The notes under the pieces are model-generated. The model saw nothing but the letters and a program-made list of their open reading frames with translations. It was not told where the DNA came from and made no database searches. Position numbers and translations under genes: made by a program. Below are positions 7,943 to 16,565 of a stretch of 64,000 bases of DNA, one piece after another. The first letter of the stretch is position 1. Each line of letters opens with the position of its first letter. The stretch is taken from the IMG/VR virus record IMGVR_UViG_3300006854_000004, positions 1 to 64,000 of that record. One strand, given 5' to 3'. The stretch is from a virus.

Positions 7943-9994
7943 GTGACCAATCGCATCCTCAGCAAGACCGTCTTCAGGAACACGACACCCGGGCTTCAAG
8001 GGTACAGCGACTCGCTCGCGACGGGCGCGACCGTCGATCCGCCGAATCCGAACGACGGCGATAACAAGACGGCTCCTATCGCGATGCAGTCATACCGAGA
8101 CGATGGTCAGACCGAGCTTTGGTCGTACGTCTCGCCGGACAACATCGAGACATACGCCAGCGAGCTGCTAATCCAGCTGTCACCGGAGGGGATGTGGGAT
8201 CTTCGCTCGAACACGCCGACGATCGAGCAGAGCGCTCCTCGCGGCAAGGTCGTGATGAAGGTCAACGGGACCTCTGTCATGGAGCAGCAGGTCTGGGGAC
8301 GCGGAACGCCGAACGAGCCGTCGAACGACGTCCTCACGGTCAACAAAGGAGCGTGGGGAGCGAACAACTACGGTGCGATCCCCGAGACAACGACCCCGAA
8401 GTACGGTGACGGTATCCAGCTGGCGGAGAACGACACCATCTCGTTCGAGGTGACGCCGTACGACCATGCACTCGGAAGCGGCTCTGGAAACAACGGTCTC
8501 CACCCTCAGGTCTATCGCTTCAAGGTCTTCGCTGTCGGGACCGTCAGCGGTCAGCGCTTCTTCTGGACAGCGACGTACCGACCGCTCGATCTGACTGCGA
8601 ATCAGGTCGCGGTCACGTTCACGACGCCCGTGAACGGCATCACCCTCCGATCCGTCATGGTCTACTGCGACACGTCGATGCCGTTCATCGCATCCCGCGT
8701 CGGCCTGCACTTCAACGGCTCCCTCATCCACGAGTTCGGTCCGTGGCAATCGACGATCTACCGCACGCGCGGTGACCTGATCGCAATCCCGCTGGACAGC
8801 AAGCTGGGAACGGGCGGGACGCTCTCGATCCGCGGCAATCCGCTGATCGACGTCGGCGGCATCGCGTCCATCATGCTGCTCGGTAACCTGACGGATCTGA
8901 CCGAAGCTCCGTACGCCGAGGGTTACGCGGACGGTTACGCGGACGGTCTGGCGGACGGTCTGGCGACCGACCAGACGGGACCGATCGTACAGAACATCAC
9001 CCCGACTCAGGGTACGATCATCGGTACGGAGACGTCCACGACACCGATCACGTTCGAGGTCGCGGACACGACCGGTGTACTGATCGGCAACGTCGACGTG
9101 ACGATCCACTTCATCGACGGGTCGAGCGTCACTGCGATCGCTGGCGGTGCTCTCGATGTCGCGTACAACACACTCTCGTCGATCGTTCAGACCAACGGTC
9201 AGCTCGTCTCGATCTCGCTGCTTCCGGACGTCGGAGTCTGGGACAAGACGATCTCTCGCATCGTCGTAGCGGCGGACGACACAGCTGGCGGACCGAACAG
9301 CAGCTCCACCACCATCGGGAGCTGGATTGTCGTCGCGGACGACGTCGCTCCGTACATCGATACGATCTCGCCGGCCGAGGGGTCGACGATCCTCGCGACG
9401 GATCCCATCACGTTCAACGTCAACGACCTGTCGTCGGTCGATATCGCAGACGTCACCATCACCGCGCACTTCGTCGCGAGTCCGACCGTCACCATCTGGG
9501 ACGGCTCTGCGATCCACGCGGACTACGATGCAAGCTCGACGGTCACGCAGACCTCACCCGGGCTGATCGAGGTCTCGCTCATCCCAGACACCGGCGAGTG
9601 GCCGGGAACCATCACGAAGATCGTCGTCACTGCGACCGACGGCGCCGGAACACCGAACTCGAGCACGTCGACGCTCGGCTCGTGGATCATCAGCGAGGCC
9701 GGCGTCGGCGGTGTCATCGTCGAGATCACCGACGGTCCACTCCAGCGCTGGACTCCAGTGGTCGCCCGGGTGACGCTGTTCGGCGGAGGCGAGCTGCACG
9801 TTCGCTACGTATCGAACTCGCTGAAGTTCTGGGTCTACGACGATCAGGACGGCTTCGCACCGAACTTCAGGGATCAATCGTCGGTGGTCGAGGACGGCGA
9901 CGACCTGATCGTGACCATTCTGCCGAACGGCGGATGGTGGACGGACAAGTTCCACCTCAAGTTCTTCGCAGGCGAAGAGATGAACCAGGAGTGA
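7943..9994 (+). CDS. large fibre-like protein with two tandem ~115-aa repeats
   Basis: 683 aa. Internal repeats are 'GPIVQNITPTQG...TTIGSWIVV' (about nt 8975-9340) and 'APYIDTISPAEG...STLGSWIIS' (about nt 9347-9700). Confidence 0.5.
   Translation: MTNRILSKTVFRNTTPGLQGYSDSLATGATVDPPNPNDGDNKTAPIAMQSYRDDGQTELWSYVSPDNIETYASELLIQLSPEGMWDLRSNTPTIEQSAPRGKVVMKVNGTSVMEQQVWGRGTPNEPSNDVLTVNKGAWGANNYGAIPETTTPKYGDGIQLAENDTISFEVTPYDHALGSGSGNNGLHPQVYRFKVFAVGTVSGQRFFWTATYRPLDLTANQVAVTFTTPVNGITLRSVMVYCDTSMPFIASRVGLHFNGSLIHEFGPWQSTIYRTRGDLIAIPLDSKLGTGGTLSIRGNPLIDVGGIASIMLLGNLTDLTEAPYAEGYADGYADGLADGLATDQTGPIVQNITPTQGTIIGTETSTTPITFEVADTTGVLIGNVDVTIHFIDGSSVTAIAGGALDVAYNTLSSIVQTNGQLVSISLLPDVGVWDKTISRIVVAADDTAGGPNSSSTTIGSWIVVADDVAPYIDTISPAEGSTILATDPITFNVNDLSSVDIADVTITAHFVASPTVTIWDGSAIHADYDASSTVTQTSPGLIEVSLIPDTGEWPGTITKIVVTATDGAGTPNSSTSTLGSWIISEAGVGGVIVEITDGPLQRWTPVVARVTLFGGGELHVRYVSNSLKFWVYDDQDGFAPNFRDQSSVVEDGDDLIVTILPNGGWWTDKFHLKFFAGEEMNQE
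8921..8968 (+). repeat. 4 x 12-nt in-frame tandem repeat
   Basis: ggttacgcggac ggttacgcggac ggtctggcggac ggtctggcgacc, encoding GYAD-GYAD-GLAD-GLAT inside 7943-9994. Confidence 0.9.
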
Positions 9995-9997
9995 CCG

Positions 9998-10396
9998 ATG
10001 CTGAGAACGCACCACATCCAACTCGTGCGCGGAAGCTCATACAGCTTCACGCGCATCGCCCGCGACGAGCGTCAGCGTGCGATCGACCTGACCGACGCGG
10101 AGATCTCACTCTCGATGCGAGCGGACGCGAAGGTTCCGGCGACCGTTCAGCTGACCTCGATCGACCCGGCTCCGGTAGGGTGGCGCGTCGGCATCGTCGT
10201 CGAGGACCAGACGCAGACGCTCGGCGCGTACACAGTCACGTTCGTGCCGGAGGACACCGAGGCGCTCGAGGCTCTCGGCCACGACGACCCGTGGATCTAC
10301 GACGTCACGATCAAGCTGGCGTCGGACCTGGTCATCAAGGACATCTCGACCAGCAACGTCGATCTGTATCCACAGGTCGGCGGACCCGCTGCGTGA
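9998..10396 (+). CDS. hypothetical protein
   Basis: ATG 3 nt after the upstream stop. Coherent frame. Confidence 0.55.
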   Translation: MLRTHHIQLVRGSSYSFTRIARDERQRAIDLTDAEISLSMRADAKVPATVQLTSIDPAPVGWRVGIVVEDQTQTLGAYTVTFVPEDTEALEALGHDDPWIYDVTIKLASDLVIKDISTSNVDLYPQVGGPAA

Positions 10397-10437
10397 GGGC
10401 GATGCCGATCTAACTGCGCTCGCTCGAAAGGACTACA

Positions 10438-11166
10438 ATGGCGAACAAGACGTTTCTGGGAAAGAGTCAGGTGCAGGAGGCTCTGGACGACGAGGTGCCG
10501 TCGGCCGGAGCGGGGATCGCGATGTCCGGCTTCACCGGTACTCTTCGCGCTGACCGATGGCTCGTGTCGGCGGAGATCATCGCATCGTCGCCGACGGACG
10601 CCGAGCTTGACCTCGGCGGCGAGGGTTCCGGTCAGCTCGACACGATCGTCGAGCCGCGGTCGCTACACGCTGGCGACGGCAACGGGATCACTGTCGCCAC
10701 GCAGGCCGACTCGGCGGCAGGCGATGGTGTGACCATCGAGGAGGATCTCGACGCTCTCGCGGTCGTCATCCACTACGAGGACGGCGTCAGCACCGTCGCG
10801 GACGTCGAAGCTGCTATCGCCGACTCGACGCTGATCCAGGTGAAGACGACCGGGACCGCTGCGACGGTCCTCGTCGGCGCCGACGAGATCACCGCCACGG
10901 CGCTCGCCGGAGGTACCGACTCGGCGAACACGTACTCGCTCCTCGTGCACGGGCGCGACCCGACGACGAAGAAGTGGGGCCTTCACTCGGACCAGTACGG
11001 TCACGTCTCGAAGGGCTCGCTCGGAACGGGTCTGGCTGGTCGCCAGAACTTCATCATCCGGGACCTCGGCGTCTACGACCGCGTCGCGTTCACGCGCGAG
11101 ACCGGCGGTAGCGACGACGTCAACGTCACGCTGACCGAGGTCCTGTCCGCAGGTCGAGGTAACTAG
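10438..11166 (+). CDS. hypothetical virion protein carrying the shared ~90-aa module
   Basis: AAAGGA lies before the ATG. Residues ~67-161 (nt 10636-10920) match the modules at 5489-5764 and 61144-61434. Confidence 0.5.
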   Translation: MANKTFLGKSQVQEALDDEVPSAGAGIAMSGFTGTLRADRWLVSAEIIASSPTDAELDLGGEGSGQLDTIVEPRSLHAGDGNGITVATQADSAAGDGVTIEEDLDALAVVIHYEDGVSTVADVEAAIADSTLIQVKTTGTAATVLVGADEITATALAGGTDSANTYSLLVHGRDPTTKKWGLHSDQYGHVSKGSLGTGLAGRQNFIIRDLGVYDRVAFTRETGGSDDVNVTLTEVLSAGRGN

Positions 11167-11360
11167 TGAGCGACAGACCGAGAACGAAGCCGGTCGACGA
11201 CAATCTGCGCGAGGCTCTTCAGAAGCTTCGCCACGCGTCGTTCGCTCTCGCGGCTGCGTCGGCATCCCAGATACCGGAGGATCGGGATCTGGCGGAGGAG
11301 TATCTGAAGGAGGCCGCTCGTCGCTACGTGAGGACCGAGGAGCTGTCCGGGAGGAAGTAA
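11166..11360 (+). CDS. hypothetical protein
   Basis: GTG overlapping the upstream TAG by 1 nt. Confidence 0.5.
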   Translation: MSDRPRTKPVDDNLREALQKLRHASFALAAASASQIPEDRDLAEEYLKEAARRYVRTEELSGRK

Positions 11361-11361
11361 C

Positions 11362-11979
11362 GTGCCCGACGACCCGAAGAAGCCGATACATCCGACACCG
11401 CGATCTCTGCCGACGCCGAGGTCGATACCGTCGCAGATGCCGCCGACCGACCAGGATCAGCCGCGTCGCGCGAATGTCAACGTCAAAGCTCGATCGCCTG
11501 TCCGCGGCGTCCCGATCGTACAGCCGACGTTCGACGATCGCGATCGACGCAAGAGCGACTCCGCTGGCGGACTCGTGTCGTCGAAGCGAGCGTCATCCCA
11601 CTACGAGAGTTGGGAGGACTGCTCCACGCCACCGCAGACGGATGCGGAGTTGTACCGCGCGATCCGCCATCTCGGCATCGACATCGAGAAGCTGGGCGAG
11701 CGCATCATGGAGAAGCTGAAGGAGATGTCGGCCGACCAGGATGAGCAGCGCGTCGCGTTCATGCAGGTCATGACCCGCATGCTCGATCGAGTCCTGGAGG
11801 ACAAGAAGCTCGAAGTAACCTCGACCGTCAAGGTCCAGGAGGCCGGCGCGATGGCGAACATCGAGAGCCGCTCGGAAGACTTCAAGCTGAAGCGCAAGAT
11901 CGCGTGGAAGTGGTGGGGATCTGTCCTCGCCGTAGCCTTCGCCTCGCTCGTGTCTGCTCTCATCGCACGATACATCTAG
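11362..11979 (+). CDS. tail-anchored membrane protein, hypothetical
   Basis: Pro-rich N-terminus and a coiled-coil-like middle. Single C-terminal hydrophobic helix 'WWGSVLAVAFASLVSALIARYI'. Confidence 0.5.
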   Translation: MPDDPKKPIHPTPRSLPTPRSIPSQMPPTDQDQPRRANVNVKARSPVRGVPIVQPTFDDRDRRKSDSAGGLVSSKRASSHYESWEDCSTPPQTDAELYRAIRHLGIDIEKLGERIMEKLKEMSADQDEQRVAFMQVMTRMLDRVLEDKKLEVTSTVKVQEAGAMANIESRSEDFKLKRKIAWKWWGSVLAVAFASLVSALIARYI

Positions 11980-11988
11980 GAGAAGACC

Positions 11989-12147
11989 ATGATCGCAATC
12001 ATCCCCGTTCTGTTCGCTCTCGCCGGCGTTCTGATGTACGCGCTCGTCTCGAACGCGAAGCTGGCCGAGATCGGTCGCCTCGTGTTCTTCGCGGCGTTCC
12101 TCGTCATCATGCTCGAGTCTGCGAAGCACGTCGTCAAGCTGATGTGA
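11989..12147 (+). CDS. holin-like small membrane protein (52 aa, below track cutoff)
   Basis: My own translation is 'MIAIIPVLFALAGVLMYALVSNAKLAEIGRLVFFAAFLVIMLESAKHVVKLM'. It has two hydrophobic helices, and TAGGAGAAG precedes the ATG. It lies in the cassette with the endolysin. Confidence 0.5.
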   Translation: MIAIIPVLFALAGVLMYALVSNAKLAEIGRLVFFAAFLVIMLESAKHVVKLM

Positions 12148-12158
12148 CCGCAAACTCG

Positions 12159-12734
12159 ATGTCGATCCAGCTCGTATACCTGTCGCATCCGATCGGCCCG
12201 GCGAAGCACATCGAGGAGCTGGTAAAGCGACACGACAACATCGCGGTCGCGAGCGCGTGGCTGCGATACCTCATCAAGAAGACGCGATGGGCGATCGTCT
12301 CGCCCGTCCTGTCGTTCTGCGCAGCTCTCGACGCTCACGACAGTCACTCACCCAGGGCACTGACCGATCAGGTTCACGTCCTCGAGCGGTGCGATCTCAT
12401 GGTGCAGGTCGGAGGCATCCTCAGTCCTCACATGGTCATCGAGCGGAATCACGCCGCTCGCAAGGCGATCCCAGTCGTCGATCTACTCTTCTTCGGTGTC
12501 TGGCCACCGAACGAGGACGACGAGACCGCCGCAGGAATCATCGAGCGACACACTCTCGACGTGTCTCTCGCTCGCCCGCGCGCCATCTGGCTACCGCCGC
12601 TCGGTCAGGATGATATCGACAAGCTGAGGCGCGCTCAGCTGTCGCTCGCGAACGACCCGTTCAACAAAGACGAGGCCGACGTCGTCAAGAGGATAGTCGA
12701 GTCTATCCTCCACGTCTGGCCCGAGAAGGAGTAG
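12159..12734 (+). CDS. nucleoside 2-deoxyribosyltransferase-fold-like (DUF1937/DUF4406-like) protein, tentative
   Basis: In-frame ATG at 12159 within track ORF 11904-12734. The pattern 'VYLSHPIGP...N..A..W...VSPVL...CDLMV..G..S.HM..E...A...IPVVDL' resembles that fold family. Confidence 0.3.
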   Translation: MSIQLVYLSHPIGPAKHIEELVKRHDNIAVASAWLRYLIKKTRWAIVSPVLSFCAALDAHDSHSPRALTDQVHVLERCDLMVQVGGILSPHMVIERNHAARKAIPVVDLLFFGVWPPNEDDETAAGIIERHTLDVSLARPRAIWLPPLGQDDIDKLRRAQLSLANDPFNKDEADVVKRIVESILHVWPEKE

Positions 12735-12738
12735 GACA

Positions 12739-13167
12739 ATGGACTGGCTGAAAGACACGATCGACCCGAAACTCGTTGTTCCGGCACTCATCTGGGTCGG
12801 TGGATGGCTCTTCAAGCACCGCAAGGACCTGAACTTCGCGACCATCGAGAAGGCCATCACCGACGCGATGACGTCGAAGGCGATGCGCATGCTCGATAAC
12901 CAGATGTCGCGCGACGCCATCGCCGCGACCCTCGAGGACACTGCGTGGCGAGCGGTCGCTCGGTTCGGCGTCGAGCGCGACAAGGCGCCGAAGTACGTCA
13001 AGAACTTGGTCACCGCCGGGATCGAGCGCGGACTCAAGATCGTCGACGAGGAGCTGAACAAGCGGAAGCTCGCCGCGATCGCTGCCGGCGCGCAGAGCGT
13101 CGTCGAGGCGTTCAAGCCGAAGGGTGACGTCCCCGTGCTGAACGCCCAGGTGGAGGAGATCAAGTGA
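12739..13167 (+). CDS. N-terminal TM protein (holin/spanin-class candidate)
   Basis: 'LVVPALIWVGGWLF' hydrophobic helix near the N-terminus. Immediately upstream of the amidase and overlapping it. Confidence 0.4.
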   Translation: MDWLKDTIDPKLVVPALIWVGGWLFKHRKDLNFATIEKAITDAMTSKAMRMLDNQMSRDAIAATLEDTAWRAVARFGVERDKAPKYVKNLVTAGIERGLKIVDEELNKRKLAAIAAGAQSVVEAFKPKGDVPVLNAQVEEIK

Positions 13168-13889
13168 CCTTCCCGATGTCGTACTCGCCGCTCGCGCGCA
13201 AGGTTCCCGGTGTGCGAGCGCCGGAGACGGCTCGCTCGAGGCGCGTCTGGGGATTCCTCATCCACACGACCGGCGGAGGCGTGACCGACAAGGCTGCTCG
13301 CACTGGCAAGACTCCGCTTCAGGTCGCCATCGAGACGTACATCGCCTCCCAGAACGGGGCGAACGGATACTTCTGGGGCGGTCCTCACTACGTCGCGGAC
13401 TTCGACGGCACGCTGCACCAGATCGCGCCGGACGAGGCGTTCACCGCGCACGCGGGAGGACCGAACCGGGACAAGTATCTCTTCGGCTCGTGGAAGACCA
13501 TCGTCTCGAGCGAGACGGTCTTCCAATGGCAGAGGCGATGGCCGATGATGAAGCATCCGTACTCGATGTTCCCGTCGACGTCACCGAACGCCGACTACGT
13601 CGGGCTCGAGATGATCCCGGTCGGCGACGGCTTCGGTGGAAGCTCGATGGCTCCCGGTCTGCGCTTCACCCGGGCTCAACACGACGCCGTCATCGCTCTC
13701 GGTCACGACCTCGCGAAGCGACACCAGTGGCCGGACGGATGGTTCAACGGCGGTCGCCTCGTGTGTCACGAGGACGTGGACCCGATCGAGCGCAGCGACG
13801 CTCACGGCGGATGGGACCCCGGCGTGATGCGCGATAAGCCGTACTTCGATCTCGAGTACGTGAAGAGGGGACTGCTATCTGCGTCGTAG
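13164..13889 (+). CDS. N-acetylmuramoyl-L-alanine amidase (endolysin)
   Basis: GTGA overlap start. The blocks 'GFLIHTTGG', 'AHAGGPN', 'DYVGLEMI' and 'VCHEDVDP' are typical of Amidase_2/PGRP-type zinc amidases. Confidence 0.7.
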   Translation: MTFPMSYSPLARKVPGVRAPETARSRRVWGFLIHTTGGGVTDKAARTGKTPLQVAIETYIASQNGANGYFWGGPHYVADFDGTLHQIAPDEAFTAHAGGPNRDKYLFGSWKTIVSSETVFQWQRRWPMMKHPYSMFPSTSPNADYVGLEMIPVGDGFGGSSMAPGLRFTRAQHDAVIALGHDLAKRHQWPDGWFNGGRLVCHEDVDPIERSDAHGGWDPGVMRDKPYFDLEYVKRGLLSAS

Positions 13890-13909
13890 GCGAACCGGCG
13901 ATCGGTGAG

Positions 13910-14104
13910 ATGGTGGTCTACTACCATCCTGATGGTCGCGCCGTGTTCGCCAAGATCGTAGCGGTCACGTACTGGGATCTAGTCGACGTTCAGCTCGGCG
14001 ACGGTACGCGCGTCGATGGTGTCCGGAAGGCGTTCGTCAGCGACGACGGCGAGGAGTACAAGAAGGGTCGGTTCGACCGCTTCACGTCCTCTTGCCAGGA
14101 CTAG
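13910..14104 (+). CDS. hypothetical protein (last + strand gene of block 1)
   Basis: ATG ORF with a coherent frame. Confidence 0.5.
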   Translation: MVVYYHPDGRAVFAKIVAVTYWDLVDVQLGDGTRVDGVRKAFVSDDGEEYKKGRFDRFTSSCQD

Positions 14105-14190
14105 GCTTCGCCGACTCGCGCATCACGATCGGCGCGCAGCGGACGCACAAGTATAGCGACCGCTTCAGTGCCGGAATGTAGTATGATGCC

Positions 14191-14206
14191 GTGGACTTAT
14201 GTCCAC
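14191..14206. terminator. short stem-loop between convergent operons
   Basis: GTGGAC-TTAT-GTCCAC. There is no T-run, so this is weak. Confidence 0.25.
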
Positions 14207-14232
14207 AACGCTTGCAGACCCTCGGCACGAAC

Positions 14233-14517
14233 CTAGTCGTCATCGCAGGTTCCCACGGCGTCGTCGTCGCAGGTCACCCAGCTGAACCGCCACTGGTCGG
14301 CGCCGCAGCGGTCTACCGCCACCTGCACACCGAACGGCTTCGCAGCCTCGGTCGCTTGGTCGACGTCGTCCGCGCACGTGAACAGCTGGCGCGCTAGCAC
14401 GTCGTCGCTCCCGGCGCAAGAGAAGCGTAGGATGCAGCTGTAACGCTCCACGCTCGGTTGTGGGTCAGTCGCGCACGCGGCGACAATCAGTGTACTCAGC
14501 AGTAGCATGGTCTTCAT
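14233..14517 (-). CDS. Cys-rich lipoprotein
   Basis: 'MKTMLLLSTLIVAAC' is a signal peptide plus a lipobox (V-A-A-C). The mature part has 6 further Cys. Confidence 0.6.
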   Translation of the reverse strand: MKTMLLLSTLIVAACATDPQPSVERYSCILRFSCAGSDDVLARQLFTCADDVDQATEAAKPFGVQVAVDRCGADQWRFSWVTCDDDAVGTCDDD

Positions 14518-14567
14518 GGCTCGTACCCTCCCAGGTACAGGCGACCCGCGTCGCCCGCACCTAGCAG

Positions 14568-14771
14568 CTACGGGTCATCCAGTGCGAGTCTGCGCACAGC
14601 CTGGATCAATGTGCGCTCACCTACCTCTGCCCAGGAGTCCTCCCACCACTCCACGAGGTCTTTACCTACAACGTCCTTCGGCGCGTCCCGGAAGTGCTCC
14701 ATCACCGTACTCCAGCGGTGATACACCCTCACACCGAAGATGCCGTCAGATTTGGGTATGACTACCCACAT
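14568..14771 (-). CDS. hypothetical protein
   Basis: ATG 14771 overlaps the upstream stop by 1 nt (TGATG). The track start at 14792 was rejected. Confidence 0.5.
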   Translation of the reverse strand: MWVVIPKSDGIFGVRVYHRWSTVMEHFRDAPKDVVGKDLVEWWEDSWAEVGERTLIQAVRRLALDDP

Positions 14772-14986
14772 CACCGCTTGTCTTCTCCGCACTCATGGCA
14801 GTACGTCGTATCCAGCAGGCTCTTCGTGTAGGTGGCGCACCTACGACAGAAGCTCTTCGGCTCCGTCCGGTTCACCTCGATGACGATGACGCTACCTCGC
14901 GCCACCCTGTTCCTGACGATGCTACGAGCGCTCTTGATGTAGCCTCCGCGCGCCAGCTTCTCGGCCAACTCCACGTTCTTCCGCAT
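14771..14986 (-). CDS. small zinc-ribbon-like protein
   Basis: GGAGGAG lies 5 nt before ATG 14986. Contains 'CRRC...CHEC'. The N-terminal extension of the track ORF was discarded. Confidence 0.5.
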   Translation of the reverse strand: MRKNVELAEKLARGGYIKSARSIVRNRVARGSVIVIEVNRTEPKSFCRRCATYTKSLLDTTYCHECGEDKR

Positions 14987-15027
14987 GTTCTCCTCCGTTG
15001 TGTGTTCGGTTGAGTGTCGTTGTAGGT

Positions 15028-15372
15028 CTAGGTAATCGAGCTGAGCATGCTCAGCACATCGCGCATGTGCGCGGGTTTCTGCATGAACGGTGCGTCGTGG
15101 TAGGTCAGCGCACACTCGTTCGAGGTAAGCCACATCCACCGCGTCAGCACACCCGGGCACATGGTCTTCGCCCAGGTGACCACATCACCGCCAGTACCAC
15201 ACTCCAGGTCAAAGTCGCTCACGATGTAGTCAAACGACCTACTCTGGAGCGCAGCGACCGCAAGCTCCGCGGTGGTCACGTTGACCACATCGTACCCAGC
15301 GTGCTTGAAGGCGCGCGCGCACGCTCGAGCTACCAGTGCGTCGTCCTCGATGTGCAGCACCGTTTTCGCCAT
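15028..15372 (-). CDS. stand-alone response-regulator receiver (CheY-like) domain
   Basis: 'HIEDD' acidic pocket, 'YIVSDFDL' phospho-acceptor Asp, 'WLTS' and 'MQKP' Lys-Pro occur in canonical order. ~114 aa with no output domain. Alternative start at 15384. Confidence 0.65.
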   Translation of the reverse strand: MAKTVLHIEDDALVARACARAFKHAGYDVVNVTTAELAVAALQSRSFDYIVSDFDLECGTGGDVVTWAKTMCPGVLTRWMWLTSNECALTYHDAPFMQKPAHMRDVLSMLSSIT

Positions 15373-15546
15373 ACCGTTCAGCATACCCACTGAACCGGCC
15401 GACCGGGGATGATGTACGGGTACGACTGGGGTACGACTGGGATAGCGGAGCTGAGTGTCACGTAAACTCCCATGATAACACGTGATCAGATCCGCCATGG
15501 GATACGAGTGGGGTAGCTCTGAGGTAGCGGTGGGTTAGCGTCCGAC

Positions 15547-15643
15547 AACTCCGCCGGCCGGCCGGGTGCGCCGGGTTTCCGCTGGCTTGCCCCACGGATG
15601 CACAGCTTGCCCTGCGCTGGCGTTTTCGAGCGCGGGCGCGCCT
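15547..15643 (-). repeat. intergenic repeat element, copy B
   Basis: On the + strand: ACTCCGCCGGCCGGCCGG (15548-15565), TGCACAGCTTGCCCTG (15599-15614) and GCGGGCGCGCC (15632-15642). Matches copies A and C. Confidence 0.8.
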
Positions 15644-15670
15644 TGGTAGGGGTGTCCGGCCCGACGCAGC

Positions 15671-16003
15671 CTAGGCAAGCCTACGCGTCCGTCGGTGCAG
15701 AGCGCCGTGCTGTACAGCAGTCACTAACTCTAGGTTCTCTAAGCGATTATCGTGCTTAATCTCATTCTTATGATGCACTAACTCATGGCTTTCTAAGGAT
15801 CGACCTAAATGCAGCTGCATCACCAATCTGTGTTCTGATACCCACGATCCACCCACCTTGACGTGAATGTATTCACCCACATTCCGTCGCGAACCATCTG
15901 GCCGTGTTCGCCTACCTCCACCATGTGTTAGAGCACTACTACTCCTTCTCTTTGCAGGCAACTCTGATACAGGGATGATGTCTGTGGTTATCAGGATCTT
16001 CAT
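15671..16003 (-). CDS. HNH endonuclease (homing-type)
   Basis: '[27 protein letters not shown]' HNH motif. The gene is visibly AT-richer than its flanks. It lies downstream of a strong terminator hairpin. Confidence 0.75.
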   Translation of the reverse strand: MKILITTDIIPVSELPAKRRSSSALTHGGGRRTRPDGSRRNVGEYIHVKVGGSWVSEHRLVMQLHLGRSLESHELVHHKNEIKHDNRLENLELVTAVQHGALHRRTRRLA

Positions 16004-16064
16004 AGTTGGACCGTAGATTGCACTACTTGTGCAAGTCGTATTCCAAGCCATCTAAATACATCAA

Positions 16065-16092
16065 GACCCCGCTGGCTCTCACCAGCGGGGTC
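16065..16092 (-). terminator. rho-independent-type terminator
   Basis: 11-bp GC-rich stem GACCCCGCTGG/CCAGCGGGGTC with a 6-nt loop. On the - strand it is followed by TTGATGTATTTAGA. It lies 24 nt after the stop of 16116-16565. Confidence 0.6.
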
Positions 16093-16115
16093 CGCCTACA
16101 GCTGTCGGGGGTGGG

Positions 16116-16565
16116 TTACTTCTTACCCAGCTCCGCCTCCAACTCCTTGCGCAGCTGCTCCTTCAGCGCCTCGCGCTCCGCCGCCTTGCGGGCGGTCTTC
16201 TTGGCCTTCTTGTCCTCGCGCTCCTTGGTCAGGTACGCCAGCTTCTGCTCCTCGGTCATGCCCGCCAACAGCTTCTCGCGCTCCTCCTTGGCCTGCTTCC
16301 CGCCACCACCGGCCGGGCGACCCGTGCGGCGCACCATCGGCTTCCCGCCGTGGTCCGGGGCCGGGTGCTTGTCCGCCAGGCTGCGCATCACGCGCACGCT
16401 GTAGGTCGGCTCCACCTGCGACCAGAAGGTCACGCGCTTGCTCAGCTTCGGCGCCGCAGCGGCGTCCGGCGTAGCCGCCGTGGTGGTCGCCGGGGGCGGC
16501 GTCGCGGCCGGCTTCTGCTGGGGGTTCTGCGCGGGCTTCTGGGGGTTCTTGTTCGACGTTGCCAT
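16116..16565 (-). CDS. Pro/Lys/Glu-rich protein, hypothetical
   Basis: GGAGAA lies 8 nt before ATG 16565. 'KEREDKKAKKTARKAAEREALKEQLRKELEAELGKK' basic coiled-coil tail. Confidence 0.55.
   Translation of the reverse strand: MATSNKNPQKPAQNPQQKPAATPPPATTTAATPDAAAAPKLSKRVTFWSQVEPTYSVRVMRSLADKHPAPDHGGKPMVRRTGRPAGGGGKQAKEEREKLLAGMTEEQKLAYLTKEREDKKAKKTARKAAEREALKEQLRKELEAELGKK

Noticed and set aside
8921-8968. Short tandem repeats (the 12-nt array here and the CCGCCGTTCGG units at 56500-56712), considered as possible CRISPR or regulatory arrays.
   Set aside because: There are no unique spacers. Both arrays are in-frame parts of coding sequence (the GYAD/GLAD linker and the PPFG tail).
14191-14397. 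A + strand ORF (68 aa) antisense to the lipoprotein gene.
   Set aside because: It overlaps the lipoprotein gene, which has a clear signal peptide and lipobox, and it has no SD. Its start coincides with the inter-operon hairpin.
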